Assembly (NCBI GenBank): GCA_964493765.1
Contig: CAZBPK010000117.1
Span: 1-61,404 of the forward strand
DNA length: 61,404 bases
DNA from: an uncultured Bacteroidia bacterium
Lineage (GTDB): Bacteria; Bacteroidota; Bacteroidia; J057; CALLMJ01
Reading direction: 5' to 3'
In this document: positions 8,387 to 18,716 of the stretch, piece by piece
How positions within the stretch are numbered: the first letter of the stretch is position 1
Layout of the letters: each line of letters opens with the position of its first letter
Notes under the pieces: model-generated
Database searches by the model: none
What the model saw: the letters and a program-made list of their open reading frames with translations, nothing else
Told to the model about the DNA's origin: nothing
Translations under genes and position numbers: made by a program

Positions 8387-11300
8387 TTATTGAACAACTA
8401 ATTTCGATGTGGTTGTTTTTCCATCAATTTTTACATTGACAAAATAAACACCTTTAGACCAATTAGAAACATCCAATGTATATTCATTACTTAACTGAGG
8501 TTTTAAATTATTTTTCCAAACAGATTGCCCAAGAGAATTAACAATATTAATGTCAATATCTAAAGCATTGGTTTGGGATAAATTAAAAGTCAATGTATTA
8601 GAAACAGGATTAGGGTAATAAGAAATCCATCCAATTAATTGATCAAATCTAATAGTTCTAATTTGAGAGTAAGTTTCCAACCCATTAAAGTCAACTTGTT
8701 TAATTCTATAATAGGAAATACCTTTAGCAGGATTAAAATCTGCATACTGATAAGATTTAGGAGTGTTAGAATTACCTGCACCATTTACTTTACCAATAGA
8801 TTCGTAATTAGTAGCATCTAGGCTTCTTTCTATTGAAAAATAACTATTATTTTTTTCATTTGCTGTTGTCCAATTTAAATCCACTACCAAACCATTAACT
8901 TTAGCATCAAAGTTCATAAATTGAACAGGAAGAGGTTCAGAAGCATCTACAATAGTCCATGGACTAAATTGACTAATACCTGTAACAGAAACTCTTTTTA
9001 AAACAACATTCACAGAACCTACAGGATCTTCCCATAAAGTACCATTCCATCTTTGAGCTTTTAGCATATTTTCATCAATGGTATTTGGAATTTGTACTTC
9101 GGAAGTACCATAACCAAAACTAGCATCTGCAGTAAATCCAACGCCAGATGGAGTAATTACAAAAAATCTATCAGCAGTAAATTTACTATTATTTCTTGCA
9201 GAATTATTTAACAATTCCGTAACTCCAACAGGATAAGGAAGATTATCTGCTGCAGTTCCATATGTAGAAGCTTGTACAGTTCCTAAATTTCCTGATGTTA
9301 AAGTTACAATGAAAGGAACATACTCACTAGAAGTATTGATAAAAGGGAACTCGTGAACATCGGTATTGGTATTAATAGCCCACTCTACTCTACCATTATG
9401 ATCGGTGGATTCAGATACGATACCTCCACTAGTTCTTGAAATAGCAGTTCCTAGAGGATTAGCTACTTTTAATATCTTACTGTTAAGGATTAATTCTCCT
9501 GCTGTTATTTGCAAAGTTCCTGCATTATTAATTTGCATTTCATTGTTGAGAACTAATTTTAAAGTGGGGTTATTCAAAATAACATTTCTAAATAAATTTA
9601 CTCCACTGGTAGCAGTTAAATTAATGGTACCAGAACCATCAAAAACCGCATAGCTATTGGCTAAACCATTGAAATTAATAGTAGTAGCAGAGTTTACTGT
9701 AACATCGCCTGCAAATGTGGAGCTGGTATTATAAACAGGAACTAAAGTACCAGAATTATTTATAAAAGTAACATCAGCATTAAAATCATCTCCTGTAGTA
9801 TTAGCTAATCTAAAAGTTCCTGTAGTATTTTCTATGGTTGTAGAATTGTTAAAGACATTTCCTCCAGTGGAAGTACTAGTTCCAGCACCATTCTTATGTA
9901 AGCTAGTAACGTTGTTATAAGTAGAATTAGCAGTTGTAAGCAAAGGTGCTTGAAACTTGGCTACTGCTTCCCATGTACAATTAGAAACAACAAGCGAACC
10001 CGTAGGCATAGCAATGGTTTGTGTTAAAGTATTATCTATTTGATTGATGTTATTAAGTTGTAAAGTACCACCATTTGTAAAATCTATTATGTTGAGTAAA
10101 ACTCCAGTATTCCAGTTTGATACTCCCCCTCCATTACCAAATCTAACATTTCCCCCTCCAATATTATTAATATTTATAGAACTATTAAAATTGGCTAAAC
10201 AACCTGTAGCTTGAGCAAAACGAATAGTACCAGTACTGTTATTGACAACATTTATAGTGTTATTAAAATCAGAAGTTCCTGTATTTCCGAAAGTTAGAAA
10301 AGCTGAAGTATTATTTCTAATATCTATGCTTCCGGTAAAAAGGTTAATACCTGTATTTGCAAAAATAAAATTAGCAGAACTATTGTTAGTCACATCCAAT
10401 TTTGAATTAAAGATATCTCCAGCATTATTACCAAATCTTCCGCCAATTGTTCCATTAAGCTCAATATTAACATCCCCATTAAAAGTGTTTCCACCGAAAG
10501 AATTGTCTGCCGTGGTATTATTATTTCTTGTTAAATTAAATTTTCCTTGATAAGTACTAGACTGGGACAAAAATCTTGAAGTATTTAATGTAAAATCAAA
10601 ATTAAAAGTAGAATTGATGGACTGGAAAGTACCATTGGTTCCTAATGTTAAAGATAATGGATTTTGATCAAATGTACAACTTTCAAATATTACTGAGCTA
10701 CTGCTTATGCCAGTAACATCTATAAAATTATTTAAAATAACATTTGCAGAAGGTCCACCTACTCTAATAATTCCAGAGGTAGCCAAAAGCACAAAAGGCT
10801 GTATATATGTTGCATTAGCAGCATATTCTACCTGGAACTGGGAGGTGCCTGTATTTTGAAAGATTGCCAATGCATTAAAAACGTCAGCAGTTAAATTAGC
10901 TAATCTCCAGATTGCATTACTAGAATTAGTCAAACTAACAGGAGCATTAAAAGTAGAACCTCCATTAGCATAAGTTGTAGTACCTGTTTTGCTCAAATTT
11001 ACAAGATTATTAAACGTACCTCCATTAAAAAGAATTCTTCCCGCCGAACCACTTAAATCAGCGTTACAAGTAAAGCTGCCACTAAATGTTAAATTATTTC
11101 CTGTGGCAATATTAAAAGAAATGCTTCCATTGGATACCGTTCCACCACTAAATACGCTATTTTTAGCACCGCTAATGGTTAAAGTATTGCCATTCAAATC
11201 TAAACTTCCCGCAGATATTGTTAAAGATAAAATCGAGGTAGCTCCTGATAACACTGGATAATTGGGCAACATACCATTATTAATGATTACATCATTTGCT

Positions 11301-11437
11301 GCACCAGGAATACCTGCGGGAGTCCAATTTGATGCAGTATTCCAATCTGAACTTATGGACCCATTCCATGTAAAACTCTGAGAATTTACTAAAGAAAAAA
11401 TCCCAACTGTAAAGATTAAAAGTAAAATTCTTTTCAT
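8387..11437 (-). CDS. Large secreted protein with T9SS type A C-terminal sorting domain and beta-helix-like repeats
   Basis: Signal peptide; Asn/Gly/Thr-rich repeats; PLPVQFMNFDAK-WTTANEKNNSYFSIERS Ig module; YPNPVSNTL...KGVYFVNVK...SKLVVQ CTD. Confidence 0.88.
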   Translation of the reverse strand: MKRILLLIFTVGIFSLVNSQSFTWNGSISSDWNTASNWTPAGIPGAANDVIINNGMLPNYPVLSGATSILSLTISAGSLDLNGNTLTISGAKNSVFSGGTVSNGSISFNIATGNNLTFSGSFTCNADLSGSAGRILFNGGTFNNLVNLSKTGTTTYANGGSTFNAPVSLTNSSNAIWRLANLTADVFNALAIFQNTGTSQFQVEYAANATYIQPFVLLATSGIIRVGGPSANVILNNFIDVTGISSSSVIFESCTFDQNPLSLTLGTNGTFQSINSTFNFDFTLNTSRFLSQSSTYQGKFNLTRNNNTTADNSFGGNTFNGDVNIELNGTIGGRFGNNAGDIFNSKLDVTNNSSANFIFANTGINLFTGSIDIRNNTSAFLTFGNTGTSDFNNTINVVNNSTGTIRFAQATGCLANFNSSININNIGGGNVRFGNGGGVSNWNTGVLLNIIDFTNGGTLQLNNINQIDNTLTQTIAMPTGSLVVSNCTWEAVAKFQAPLLTTANSTYNNVTSLHKNGAGTSTSTGGNVFNNSTTIENTTGTFRLANTTGDDFNADVTFINNSGTLVPVYNTSSTFAGDVTVNSATTINFNGLANSYAVFDGSGTINLTATSGVNLFRNVILNNPTLKLVLNNEMQINNAGTLQITAGELILNSKILKVANPLGTAISRTSGGIVSESTDHNGRVEWAINTNTDVHEFPFINTSSEYVPFIVTLTSGNLGTVQASTYGTAADNLPYPVGVTELLNNSARNNSKFTADRFFVITPSGVGFTADASFGYGTSEVQIPNTIDENMLKAQRWNGTLWEDPVGSVNVVLKRVSVTGISQFSPWTIVDASEPLPVQFMNFDAKVNGLVVDLNWTTANEKNNSYFSIERSLDATNYESIGKVNGAGNSNTPKSYQYADFNPAKGISYYRIKQVDFNGLETYSQIRTIRFDQLIGWISYYPNPVSNTLTFNLSQTNALDIDINIVNSLGQSVWKNNLKPQLSNEYTLDVSNWSKGVYFVNVKIDGKTTTSKLVVQ

Positions 11438-11608
11438 AATATAATAATTTTATTACAAAGATAATTGATTTAAATTAAGATTCCAAATTTTCAATGGTTA
11501 AAAAATGAAAAAAATGATTGATATTCCTAATTTTCAAGTTTTTGTAATTATGGAAATTTTTTTTTGTCAATTCAATGGAAAACTTACATATTTGCAATTC
11601 AATTCATC

Positions 11609-12454
11609 ATGGAAATTACAAAGATAGGGATAATTGGTGGTGGAATCATGGGCTACGGCATAGCAATTGTTTGTTTACAAGCTGATTTCAAGGTTATTTT
11701 ATTTGACAAATACGAAAATAGCTTGCAAAATGCTAAAAAAAATATTGAAGATTTCTTTGAAAAAAGTCTTCTTAAAGGAAAAATATCTCCAGAAAAAAAA
11801 ATAACTTTGCTATCCAATATTGAATATACCTCAATTTTCAATCATTTTAATGCAGACTATATTATTGAAGCTGTACCTGAAAATCTCAAATTGAAACAAG
11901 AGTTATTTGTTGAAATAGAAAAAAATAATCCAAATAGTATTTTAGCTTCCAATACATCAACTATTCCAATTACTAGAATTGCTTCTGCAGTTCAAAAACC
12001 TCAAAATATGATTGGAATTCATTTTTTCAACCCAGCTCCTTTAATGAAACTAGTTGAAATAATACCTGCAGAAAAAACATCAGAAGTAACATTAAAAACC
12101 TCCATAGAGTTAATTCAAAAATTACAAAAATCTGGAGTCATTGTAAAAGATTCTCCAGGTTTTATTGTTAATAGAGTTGCTAGACATTATTATTTAGAAA
12201 GTTTAAAAATTTTAGAAGAAAATATTTCGGATTATTCCACTATTGATAATATCCTGGAAAATTGCGGATTTAAAATGGGTGCTTTTAAGCTAATGGATTT
12301 AATAGGTATAGAGACCAATCATTCAGTAACTCAATCTTTATATGATTCCTATTTTTTAGAACCAAGGTTCCAGCCTTCTTTAATCCAACAAAAAAAGGTA
12401 GATGCGGGTCTTTTCGGTAAAAAAACAAGTGAAGGATTTTATAAATATGACTGA
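11609..12454 (+). CDS. 3-hydroxyacyl-CoA dehydrogenase (Hbd/PaaH-like)
   Basis: GIIGGGIMG NAD motif, IEAVPENL, ASNTSTIP, GIHFFNPAP, PGFIVNR; ATG 11609 preferred. Confidence 0.92.
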   Translation: MEITKIGIIGGGIMGYGIAIVCLQADFKVILFDKYENSLQNAKKNIEDFFEKSLLKGKISPEKKITLLSNIEYTSIFNHFNADYIIEAVPENLKLKQELFVEIEKNNPNSILASNTSTIPITRIASAVQKPQNMIGIHFFNPAPLMKLVEIIPAEKTSEVTLKTSIELIQKLQKSGVIVKDSPGFIVNRVARHYYLESLKILEENISDYSTIDNILENCGFKMGAFKLMDLIGIETNHSVTQSLYDSYFLEPRFQPSLIQQKKVDAGLFGKKTSEGFYKYD

Positions 12455-13187
12455 TTCAATACTAATTATAGAAGATGAATTCTCAATTGCTTTAGACTTA
12501 GAACTCTCATTAACTCAATTGGGCTTTAAAGTGTTGGGAATTGTTGATTCTTTTGAACAATGTAAAGATTTTTTAGCCTCAGAATTACCCAATGCAATAT
12601 TAATGGATATCAATCTTAAAGGTAAATTAACTGGAATAGAAACAGCAAAATGGATTAATCAAAATTATCAGATACCCATCGTATTTTTAACTGCACTTTC
12701 TGACGAAAAAACTTTAGAAAATATTTTAGATACCGATAGTTATGGTTATTTGACAAAACCCTACAAAGAAAAAGATTTATTTCATACACTAAAAATTGCT
12801 ATTAAAAATTTTAATCTTTTAAATGAAGCTAGAAAAGAATCTTCTGAAATGAATTTTGTGAATTCAAAACTCAAATACTTAGACCAAATTTTTATTAAAG
12901 ATAAATCAAAATTAGTTCCTGTGGCTATTAGTTCCATTTCTTTCTTTGAAGCATTAGAAAATTATACTCAAGTGGTATCAGAGAATAAAAAATGGATTAT
13001 AAATGGTTTTTTAAAAGATATAGAATCAAAATTACCCGATGAATTTACAAGAGTACATCGTTCTTATATTGTTAATCTGAATAAAATTGAAAAAATTGAA
13101 GATAATTTTATTGTAATCAACCAAAACAACATCCCAGTTGGTCGTTCTTATAAATCTGATTTATTTAAAAAAATTAAAATTATATAA
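12447..13187 (+). CDS. Response regulator with LytTR domain
   Basis: IIEDEFSIA, LMDINL, YGYLTKPY, FTRVHRSYIVN; ATG 12447 overlaps the upstream stop. Confidence 0.9.
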   Translation: MTDSILIIEDEFSIALDLELSLTQLGFKVLGIVDSFEQCKDFLASELPNAILMDINLKGKLTGIETAKWINQNYQIPIVFLTALSDEKTLENILDTDSYGYLTKPYKEKDLFHTLKIAIKNFNLLNEARKESSEMNFVNSKLKYLDQIFIKDKSKLVPVAISSISFFEALENYTQVVSENKKWIINGFLKDIESKLPDEFTRVHRSYIVNLNKIEKIEDNFIVINQNNIPVGRSYKSDLFKKIKII

Positions 13188-13198
13188 TCTAAATTAAC

Positions 13199-13960
13199 AT
13201 GGAAATTCTCATAGACTTAGTTTCGCTTACGATTTTAGAAATTGCTTTAGGTATTGATAATGTGATTTTTATATCCATTATTATTAGTAATTTACCCAAA
13301 GAATACCATAATAAAGCAAGAAATCTTTGGCTTCTAATGGCTTTTATTCTCAGAGGAATTATGCTTATAGGTTTAGATTGGACAATCAAGTCTGTAGGTG
13401 ATTTATTTACACTTTTTGATAAAGTTTATACTTTAAAAGAAGTATTTCTTATTGGAGGTGGTTTATTTTTGTTATACAAATCAGTTAAAGAAATTCACCA
13501 TAAATTAGAGGGGCAAGAAGAAGGGCAAGCAGAAGTAAAAAATAATTCTTTTGGTTCAGTTATGTTTCAAGTATTTATTTTAGATTCTGTTTTTTCTATG
13601 GACTTTATTATAACAGCATTAGGAATCGCAAAACATGTATGGGTCATGTGTACTGCTGTAGGTATATCATTAATCTGTATGTACTTCTTTGCAGTTCCTT
13701 TAGCAAAGTTTATAGAAAAACACCCAACTAGTAAAATTTTAGCTTTATCATTTTTGATGTTAATAGGTATGACATTAATCATTGAGGGTATGGGTATTCA
13801 TATTCCAAAAGGATATGTATATTTTGCAATGTTCTTCTCTGTATTAGTAGAAGGATTAAATATTATTTTTAAATCTAAGCAAGAAAAATCAAATATAAAA
13901 ATAAATTTTCCAAATATTGACGAAGGTATTTGGAAATCTCAAAAGGATCCTTTAAATTAG
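13199..13960 (+). CDS. TerC family membrane protein
   Basis: LEIALGIDNVIFI, DSVFSMD and FIEKHPTSKILALSFL motifs. Confidence 0.92.
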   Translation: MEILIDLVSLTILEIALGIDNVIFISIIISNLPKEYHNKARNLWLLMAFILRGIMLIGLDWTIKSVGDLFTLFDKVYTLKEVFLIGGGLFLLYKSVKEIHHKLEGQEEGQAEVKNNSFGSVMFQVFILDSVFSMDFIITALGIAKHVWVMCTAVGISLICMYFFAVPLAKFIEKHPTSKILALSFLMLIGMTLIIEGMGIHIPKGYVYFAMFFSVLVEGLNIIFKSKQEKSNIKINFPNIDEGIWKSQKDPLN

Positions 13961-13981
13961 CCGCAATTTTTATTATACGTT

Positions 13982-16282
13982 ATGAAAATATCCTTGGTAC
14001 TCATTTTCTTTGCAATTTCATTTCATTTGAGTGCTCAAATTATAGCCACCAATAAAGGAGACACTTTATACATAGGTCCCAATTTAGTGTTTACGGTTGA
14101 AGGCGGTTTTTTAAACCAAGCCAATGGTAGGGTATTTAATAATGGTGAAATGTATATCCAAGATACTGTTTATAATAATGCAGGAAATCCTATGTTTTTT
14201 GACCATCTACCCGGTAAAGTTTTTCTTTATGGTAATGACCAAGTAATGGGTGGTCAAGATCCTATTTTATTTTACGACCTAATTCTTACAGGTTCTGGAG
14301 TTAAATCCATGGATAATAATGAATTTGTAGAAAATTCAATCAATCTTAATGATTTACAACTCCAAACCAGAAATAATACTATGTATGTAACCAATCCATC
14401 ATTAAACTCTGTACTTAGAACCAATGGATTCGTAAGTTCTTTTCAAAATGGATATTTCCAAAGGACTATGAACCAAACTAATGGATACCTATTCCCTACA
14501 GGCGAGCCAGGTAAATACAGACCCATCATTATTACACCTTCTGTTACTGCTAGAGATTCTTTTGGAGTACGTTTTGCTAATCTTGATGCCTCCTCGGAAA
14601 ACTTTGATAGAAATTCAAAAGATACTTCTTTATGTTTAATCAATCCAGACTATTACCATTGGATTAGAAAATCTTTAAATAACAATGCTTCCGCGCAAAT
14701 TGAAATGTTTTTTGACCCTGCAGATCCTGTAAAAGAAACTATGGCACATTGGAATGCTGGTAATTTTTGGGAAAATATGTCCCCTGTGGTTACAAATCCA
14801 ACTAGTTTAACAAAAACTGCTTGGTTAGATTTTCAACCAGTTCCTTTTGCATTCGCTTTAGTCAAACCCCAAGCAAATATTACCAATTCTAGTACTGATT
14901 TTTGTAGTAATGAGCCTTCTATTCTATTGGAGGCAACTCCCACAGGAGGAACTTTTAGCGGGAATGGAGTTGTAGGTAACACATTTGACCCTTCTTTAGC
15001 TGGTGCAGGTACACATACTATTCAGTATATTTATGATGCTCCAAATGGTTGTTCCGATACTGCTTTTTTCACTTTTAATATTAGACAAGCCCCTAACCCT
15101 AGATTCGGAACTTCTAACTTAGAATTTTGTGATGGGCAAACTCACACTCTACAACTCAATGGTAACTACTCTAACTATCAATGGTTTGATATTAACGGCA
15201 ATTTACTAGGAACCAATACTTCTTTAACCGTAAGTCAAACAGGTGAATACTATGTTCTCGTTGATTCTAATCAATGTTCCGCTACTTCTGATACTATCAG
15301 CATTCTATTCAAGCCTAATCCTAATCCCATCATTACACCCGATAGAAATACCAATTTATGTGCAGGAGAAACCGTTATTCTTGATGCTGGAATTGGTTAC
15401 AATAGCTATGCATGGTTGTTAAATGGTACAGCAACAGGACAAAACACCCAAACCATAAATGTTAATACTGCTGGAACTTACACTGTATTAGTTGATTCTA
15501 ATGGCTGTACTTCAACTTCAAACCCCATCACTGTAACCATAAGACAAATTCCACAAGCCAATATTTCTGTTACAGGTCCCTTAACATTTTGTGAAGGTAA
15601 AGGTTCTGTTACTTTAACTTCAAGTCCTGCTCAAGGCTATTTATGGTCAACAGGAGAACAAACCCAATCCATTACAGTAACCCAATCGGGTATTTATGAT
15701 GTAACAATTACGGATAGTTGTGGAAACTCTACATCAGCTCCAGTTACAGTTACAGTAAATTCAAATCCTATTGCTAATTTTACTACAGACCCTGCGGATA
15801 CCGCTTTATCTTTCACTACCGTTCAAATGATAGATTTAAGTACTAACGACGTCATCAGCTGGTCTTGGACTTTTGGAAATGGACAAACTGCAAACAACCA
15901 AAATCCTTCTACTGAATACACCACAGGAGGAACTTTTCCTATTACTTTAACGGTTTCTAATGGTAATTGTACTGACTCTATCACCAAGTATATCTACATT
16001 GATGATGAATCTTATCTCTGGATTCCTACAGGTTTTACACCTAATAACGATGGACTAAATGATACTTGGGACATTTACACCAGAAATATTTCTGATTTTT
16101 CAGTTACTGTTTGGAGCAGATGGGGACATTTGGTTTTCCAATCTAATGACCCTTTGGTAAGATGGAACGGTATGTTTGATGGTAAGCATGTTCAAGAAGA
16201 TGCTTATACTTTTGTTGTTAAAGCAACTACAAAAAAAGGTAAAAAAATACAAAAACTTGGAAGCGTAACCATCATTCGCTAA
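13982..16282 (+). CDS. Secreted surface protein with Ig-like repeats, PKD domain and T9SS type B (gliding-motility-type) CTD
   Basis: Signal peptide; Cys-containing Ig-like repeats; PKD SWSWTFGNG...NPSTEYTTGG; CTD IPTGFTPNNDGLND...WSRWG...GSVTIIR. Confidence 0.88.
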   Translation: MKISLVLIFFAISFHLSAQIIATNKGDTLYIGPNLVFTVEGGFLNQANGRVFNNGEMYIQDTVYNNAGNPMFFDHLPGKVFLYGNDQVMGGQDPILFYDLILTGSGVKSMDNNEFVENSINLNDLQLQTRNNTMYVTNPSLNSVLRTNGFVSSFQNGYFQRTMNQTNGYLFPTGEPGKYRPIIITPSVTARDSFGVRFANLDASSENFDRNSKDTSLCLINPDYYHWIRKSLNNNASAQIEMFFDPADPVKETMAHWNAGNFWENMSPVVTNPTSLTKTAWLDFQPVPFAFALVKPQANITNSSTDFCSNEPSILLEATPTGGTFSGNGVVGNTFDPSLAGAGTHTIQYIYDAPNGCSDTAFFTFNIRQAPNPRFGTSNLEFCDGQTHTLQLNGNYSNYQWFDINGNLLGTNTSLTVSQTGEYYVLVDSNQCSATSDTISILFKPNPNPIITPDRNTNLCAGETVILDAGIGYNSYAWLLNGTATGQNTQTINVNTAGTYTVLVDSNGCTSTSNPITVTIRQIPQANISVTGPLTFCEGKGSVTLTSSPAQGYLWSTGEQTQSITVTQSGIYDVTITDSCGNSTSAPVTVTVNSNPIANFTTDPADTALSFTTVQMIDLSTNDVISWSWTFGNGQTANNQNPSTEYTTGGTFPITLTVSNGNCTDSITKYIYIDDESYLWIPTGFTPNNDGLNDTWDIYTRNISDFSVTVWSRWGHLVFQSNDPLVRWNGMFDGKHVQEDAYTFVVKATTKKGKKIQKLGSVTIIR

Positions 16283-16291
16283 TTTTGCGAT

Positions 16292-16966
16292 ATGGATAAT
16301 TTACAATATTATACTGAATTGCCTCCATTACCTTTTAAAGATTATGGAAGAAATATCATCTTATTAATTGAAAAGATTAAAAGTAATCCCAACAAAGAGC
16401 AAAGAAACTTTTATGCTCAACAAGCTATTAAATCTATGTCAGCCGTGAACCCTCTTCAAAAGGACATGGCTGACTACAAAAAAAAACTTTGGCATCATCT
16501 TTTTATTTTAGCTAATTATGAACTTGATGTTGATTGTCCTTATGACTTATCAGAAATAGACAAAAATCTTACGGATAAACCTCATCAAAAACTTAGTTAT
16601 CAAAATGAAAATCCTAAATACAAACAATATGGAAAAAATATTGAGATTCTTATTTCTAAAATTATGGAAATGCCAGAAGGCGAGAATAAAAACTTTCAAA
16701 TTCAAGCATTAGCAAACCTAATGAAAATTTGTGCCCAAAAAACAAACGAAGAAAAAGTTGAAGATGATACAATATTTCAACATCTAGCACATTTAACCAA
16801 CGGAAAGTTAATTTTAAACAAAGAAGAAGTCACGCTTCAATATATTCCCTTTTCAAAAAATAAAAATAAAAACAACAAAAATTCTAAGTTCAACAAAAAT
16901 CCAAACAATAATAACAAAAATAAAAAGTTTTTCTTTAATAAAAATAAAAACAAAAACAAAAAATAA
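16292..16966 (+). CDS. DUF4290 family protein
   Basis: YGRNI, KKLWHHLFILANYELDVDCPY, YGKNIE motifs, Asn/Lys-rich tail, directly upstream of murA. Confidence 0.88.
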   Translation: MDNLQYYTELPPLPFKDYGRNIILLIEKIKSNPNKEQRNFYAQQAIKSMSAVNPLQKDMADYKKKLWHHLFILANYELDVDCPYDLSEIDKNLTDKPHQKLSYQNENPKYKQYGKNIEILISKIMEMPEGENKNFQIQALANLMKICAQKTNEEKVEDDTIFQHLAHLTNGKLILNKEEVTLQYIPFSKNKNKNNKNSKFNKNPNNNNKNKKFFFNKNKNKNKK

Positions 16967-16968
16967 TT

Positions 16969-18291
16969 ATGGAATACTTTGAAGTGGAGGGAGGTCATAA
17001 ACTTCATGGTGAAATTCTTCCCCAAGGTGCTAAAAATGAAGCACTTCAAATTTTATCAGCGGTAGTTCTAACAGAAGAAGAAGTTATTATAGATAACGTT
17101 CCTGAAATTCTGGATGTTTTAAGATTAATTGATATTTTAAAAAAATTAGGAGTTGAGGTTTCCAGAATCCAAGAAGGAAAATTTTCTTTTATTTCCAAAA
17201 ATCTTAACGAAGAGTATTTAAATTCTCCAGCCTATTTGAAAGATGCAGCAAGTTTACGTGGTTCTATCATGTTAGTAGGAGCTTTATTAAGTAGATTAGG
17301 CTATGCAATTATGCCCAAACCTGGAGGTGATAAAATTGGAAGAAGAAGGTTAGATACTCACTTTCTGGGTATTCAAAAATTAGGCGCTAACTTTAATTAT
17401 GATTCTGAAAATCAAATTTATAGAGTTTCAAATAATGGAAGTTTAAAGGGTAATTATATTCTTTTAGACGAAGCATCAGTTACTGGAACTGCAAATATTA
17501 TTCTAGCATCTGTTTTCGCAAAAGGAACCACTACTATTTTTAATGCAGCTTGTGAACCTTATGTGCAACAGCTTTGCAAAATGTTGGTTACCATGGGTGC
17601 AAAAATTGAAGGAATTGGTTCTAATTTATTACATATTACTGGAGTCAGTAGGCTAAATGGAACTTATCACAAAATTCAATCGGATATGATTGAAATTGGA
17701 AGTTTCATTGCTATGGCAGCTATGACCCAAAGCCATTTAATTATTAAAAATACTTTCCCTGACCAATTAGGAATCATTCCAGATATTTTCCAAAAATTAG
17801 GAGTAAAACTACAGTTAGAAACCGATAAAATTATAGTTCCTGAACAAGATATTTACGAAATAGAAACTTTTATTGATGGAAGTATCTTAACAGTTTCAGA
17901 CCACACTTGGCCAGGTTTTACACCCGATTTAATCAGTGTTGCTTTAGTCTTAGCCACGCAAGCAAAAGGTACAGTTTTAATTCACCAAAAAATGTTTGAA
18001 AGCCGTTTATTTTTTGTGGACAAGCTCATCGATATGGGTGCCCAAATTATTTTATGTGACCCCCACCGTGCAACTGTAATTGGATTAGGAAGGGACCATC
18101 CTTTAAAAGGTATTTCAATGACTTCACCTGACATTCGTGCGGGTGTGGCAATGCTTATTGCTGCTATGTCTGCTCAAGGAAAAAGTAAAATCTTTAACAT
18201 TGAACAAATTGACAGAGGCTACATGAAAATAGATGAAAGGCTAAATGCTTTAGGAGCCAAAATAGAACGTAAAACTTCTTCTAAAGATTAA
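16969..18291 (+). CDS. murA: UDP-N-acetylglucosamine 1-carboxyvinyltransferase (Asp at the catalytic Cys position)
   Basis: GAKNEAL, LRGSI, PGGDKIGRR, SVTGTAN, WPGFTPD, DIRAG, IDRGY. Confidence 0.97.
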   Translation: MEYFEVEGGHKLHGEILPQGAKNEALQILSAVVLTEEEVIIDNVPEILDVLRLIDILKKLGVEVSRIQEGKFSFISKNLNEEYLNSPAYLKDAASLRGSIMLVGALLSRLGYAIMPKPGGDKIGRRRLDTHFLGIQKLGANFNYDSENQIYRVSNNGSLKGNYILLDEASVTGTANIILASVFAKGTTTIFNAACEPYVQQLCKMLVTMGAKIEGIGSNLLHITGVSRLNGTYHKIQSDMIEIGSFIAMAAMTQSHLIIKNTFPDQLGIIPDIFQKLGVKLQLETDKIIVPEQDIYEIETFIDGSILTVSDHTWPGFTPDLISVALVLATQAKGTVLIHQKMFESRLFFVDKLIDMGAQIILCDPHRATVIGLGRDHPLKGISMTSPDIRAGVAMLIAAMSAQGKSKIFNIEQIDRGYMKIDERLNALGAKIERKTSSKD

Positions 18292-18312
18292 TTTAGGTTT
18301 TATTAATTTTTT

Positions 18313-18436
18313 GGGCGTGTCCCTCACTAGGTTCGGGTCGGGCTGTTTCGGGCTTCGCTGTTCGCTACGGCAATCCTTTTTCCACTTTTTTCAAAAGCGT
18401 CAAAAGGCAGTGCTAAACCCTACACATCCCTCACGC
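18313..18436 (+). repeat. Dispersed structured repeat, copy 1 (REP-like / possibly Flavo-1-like)
   Basis: GGGCGTG...GGGTCGGGC...GGCAATCCTTTT...AAAAGGCAGTGC...ATCCCTCACGC; four further copies in the window. Confidence 0.9.
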
Positions 18437-18488
18437 TTTATTTTTTCATTTGAATTAAAAAAAACAATAAAAAAAATTTAAAAAAAAT

Positions 18489-18519
18489 TTGCACACAAAA
18501 AAAACTTAGTATAATTTTG
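18489..18519 (+). promoter_or_regulatory. Bacteroidota sigma-70 promoter (-33 TTG / -7 TAATTTTG) for tRNA-Gln
   Basis: TTG at 18489, 20-nt spacer, TAATTTTG at 18512; matches the TTG-N19-21-TAnnTTTG consensus. Confidence 0.8.
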
Positions 18520-18544
18520 CAACACTTTTCTAAAAAAGAAAAAC

Positions 18545-18615
18545 TGTCCGATGGTGTAACGGTAGCACAGAAGATTTTGGTTCTTTTAGTCAGGGTTCGA
18601 ATCCTTGTCGGACAA
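18545..18615 (+). tRNA. tRNA-Gln (anticodon TTG), CCA not encoded
   Basis: Acceptor stem TGTCCGA/TCGGACA, D arm GTGTAACGGTAGCAC, anticodon loop TTTTGGT, T loop GGTTCGAATCC. Confidence 0.96.
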
Positions 18616-18626
18616 CTTAAAACCTT

Positions 18627-18660
18627 AAAAATCCACTTTTTTATTAAGTGGATTTTTTTA
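18627..18660 (+). terminator. Hairpin terminator after tRNA-Gln
   Basis: AAAAATCCACTT / AAGTGGATTTTT inverted repeat followed by a T-run. Confidence 0.7.
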
Positions 18661-18716
18661 TTTCATGTATTGGGTTTTTGTATAATTCCAATCAAAATTT
18701 TATAGATATTTGTAAA

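Noticed and set aside
16850-16966. A-rich low-complexity tract (AAYAAA units)
   Set aside because: It encodes the Asn/Lys-rich tail typical of DUF4290 proteins and is not an independent repeat element.
18517-18705. 62-aa ORF over the tRNA
   Set aside because: It is a reading frame through tRNA-Gln and its terminator.
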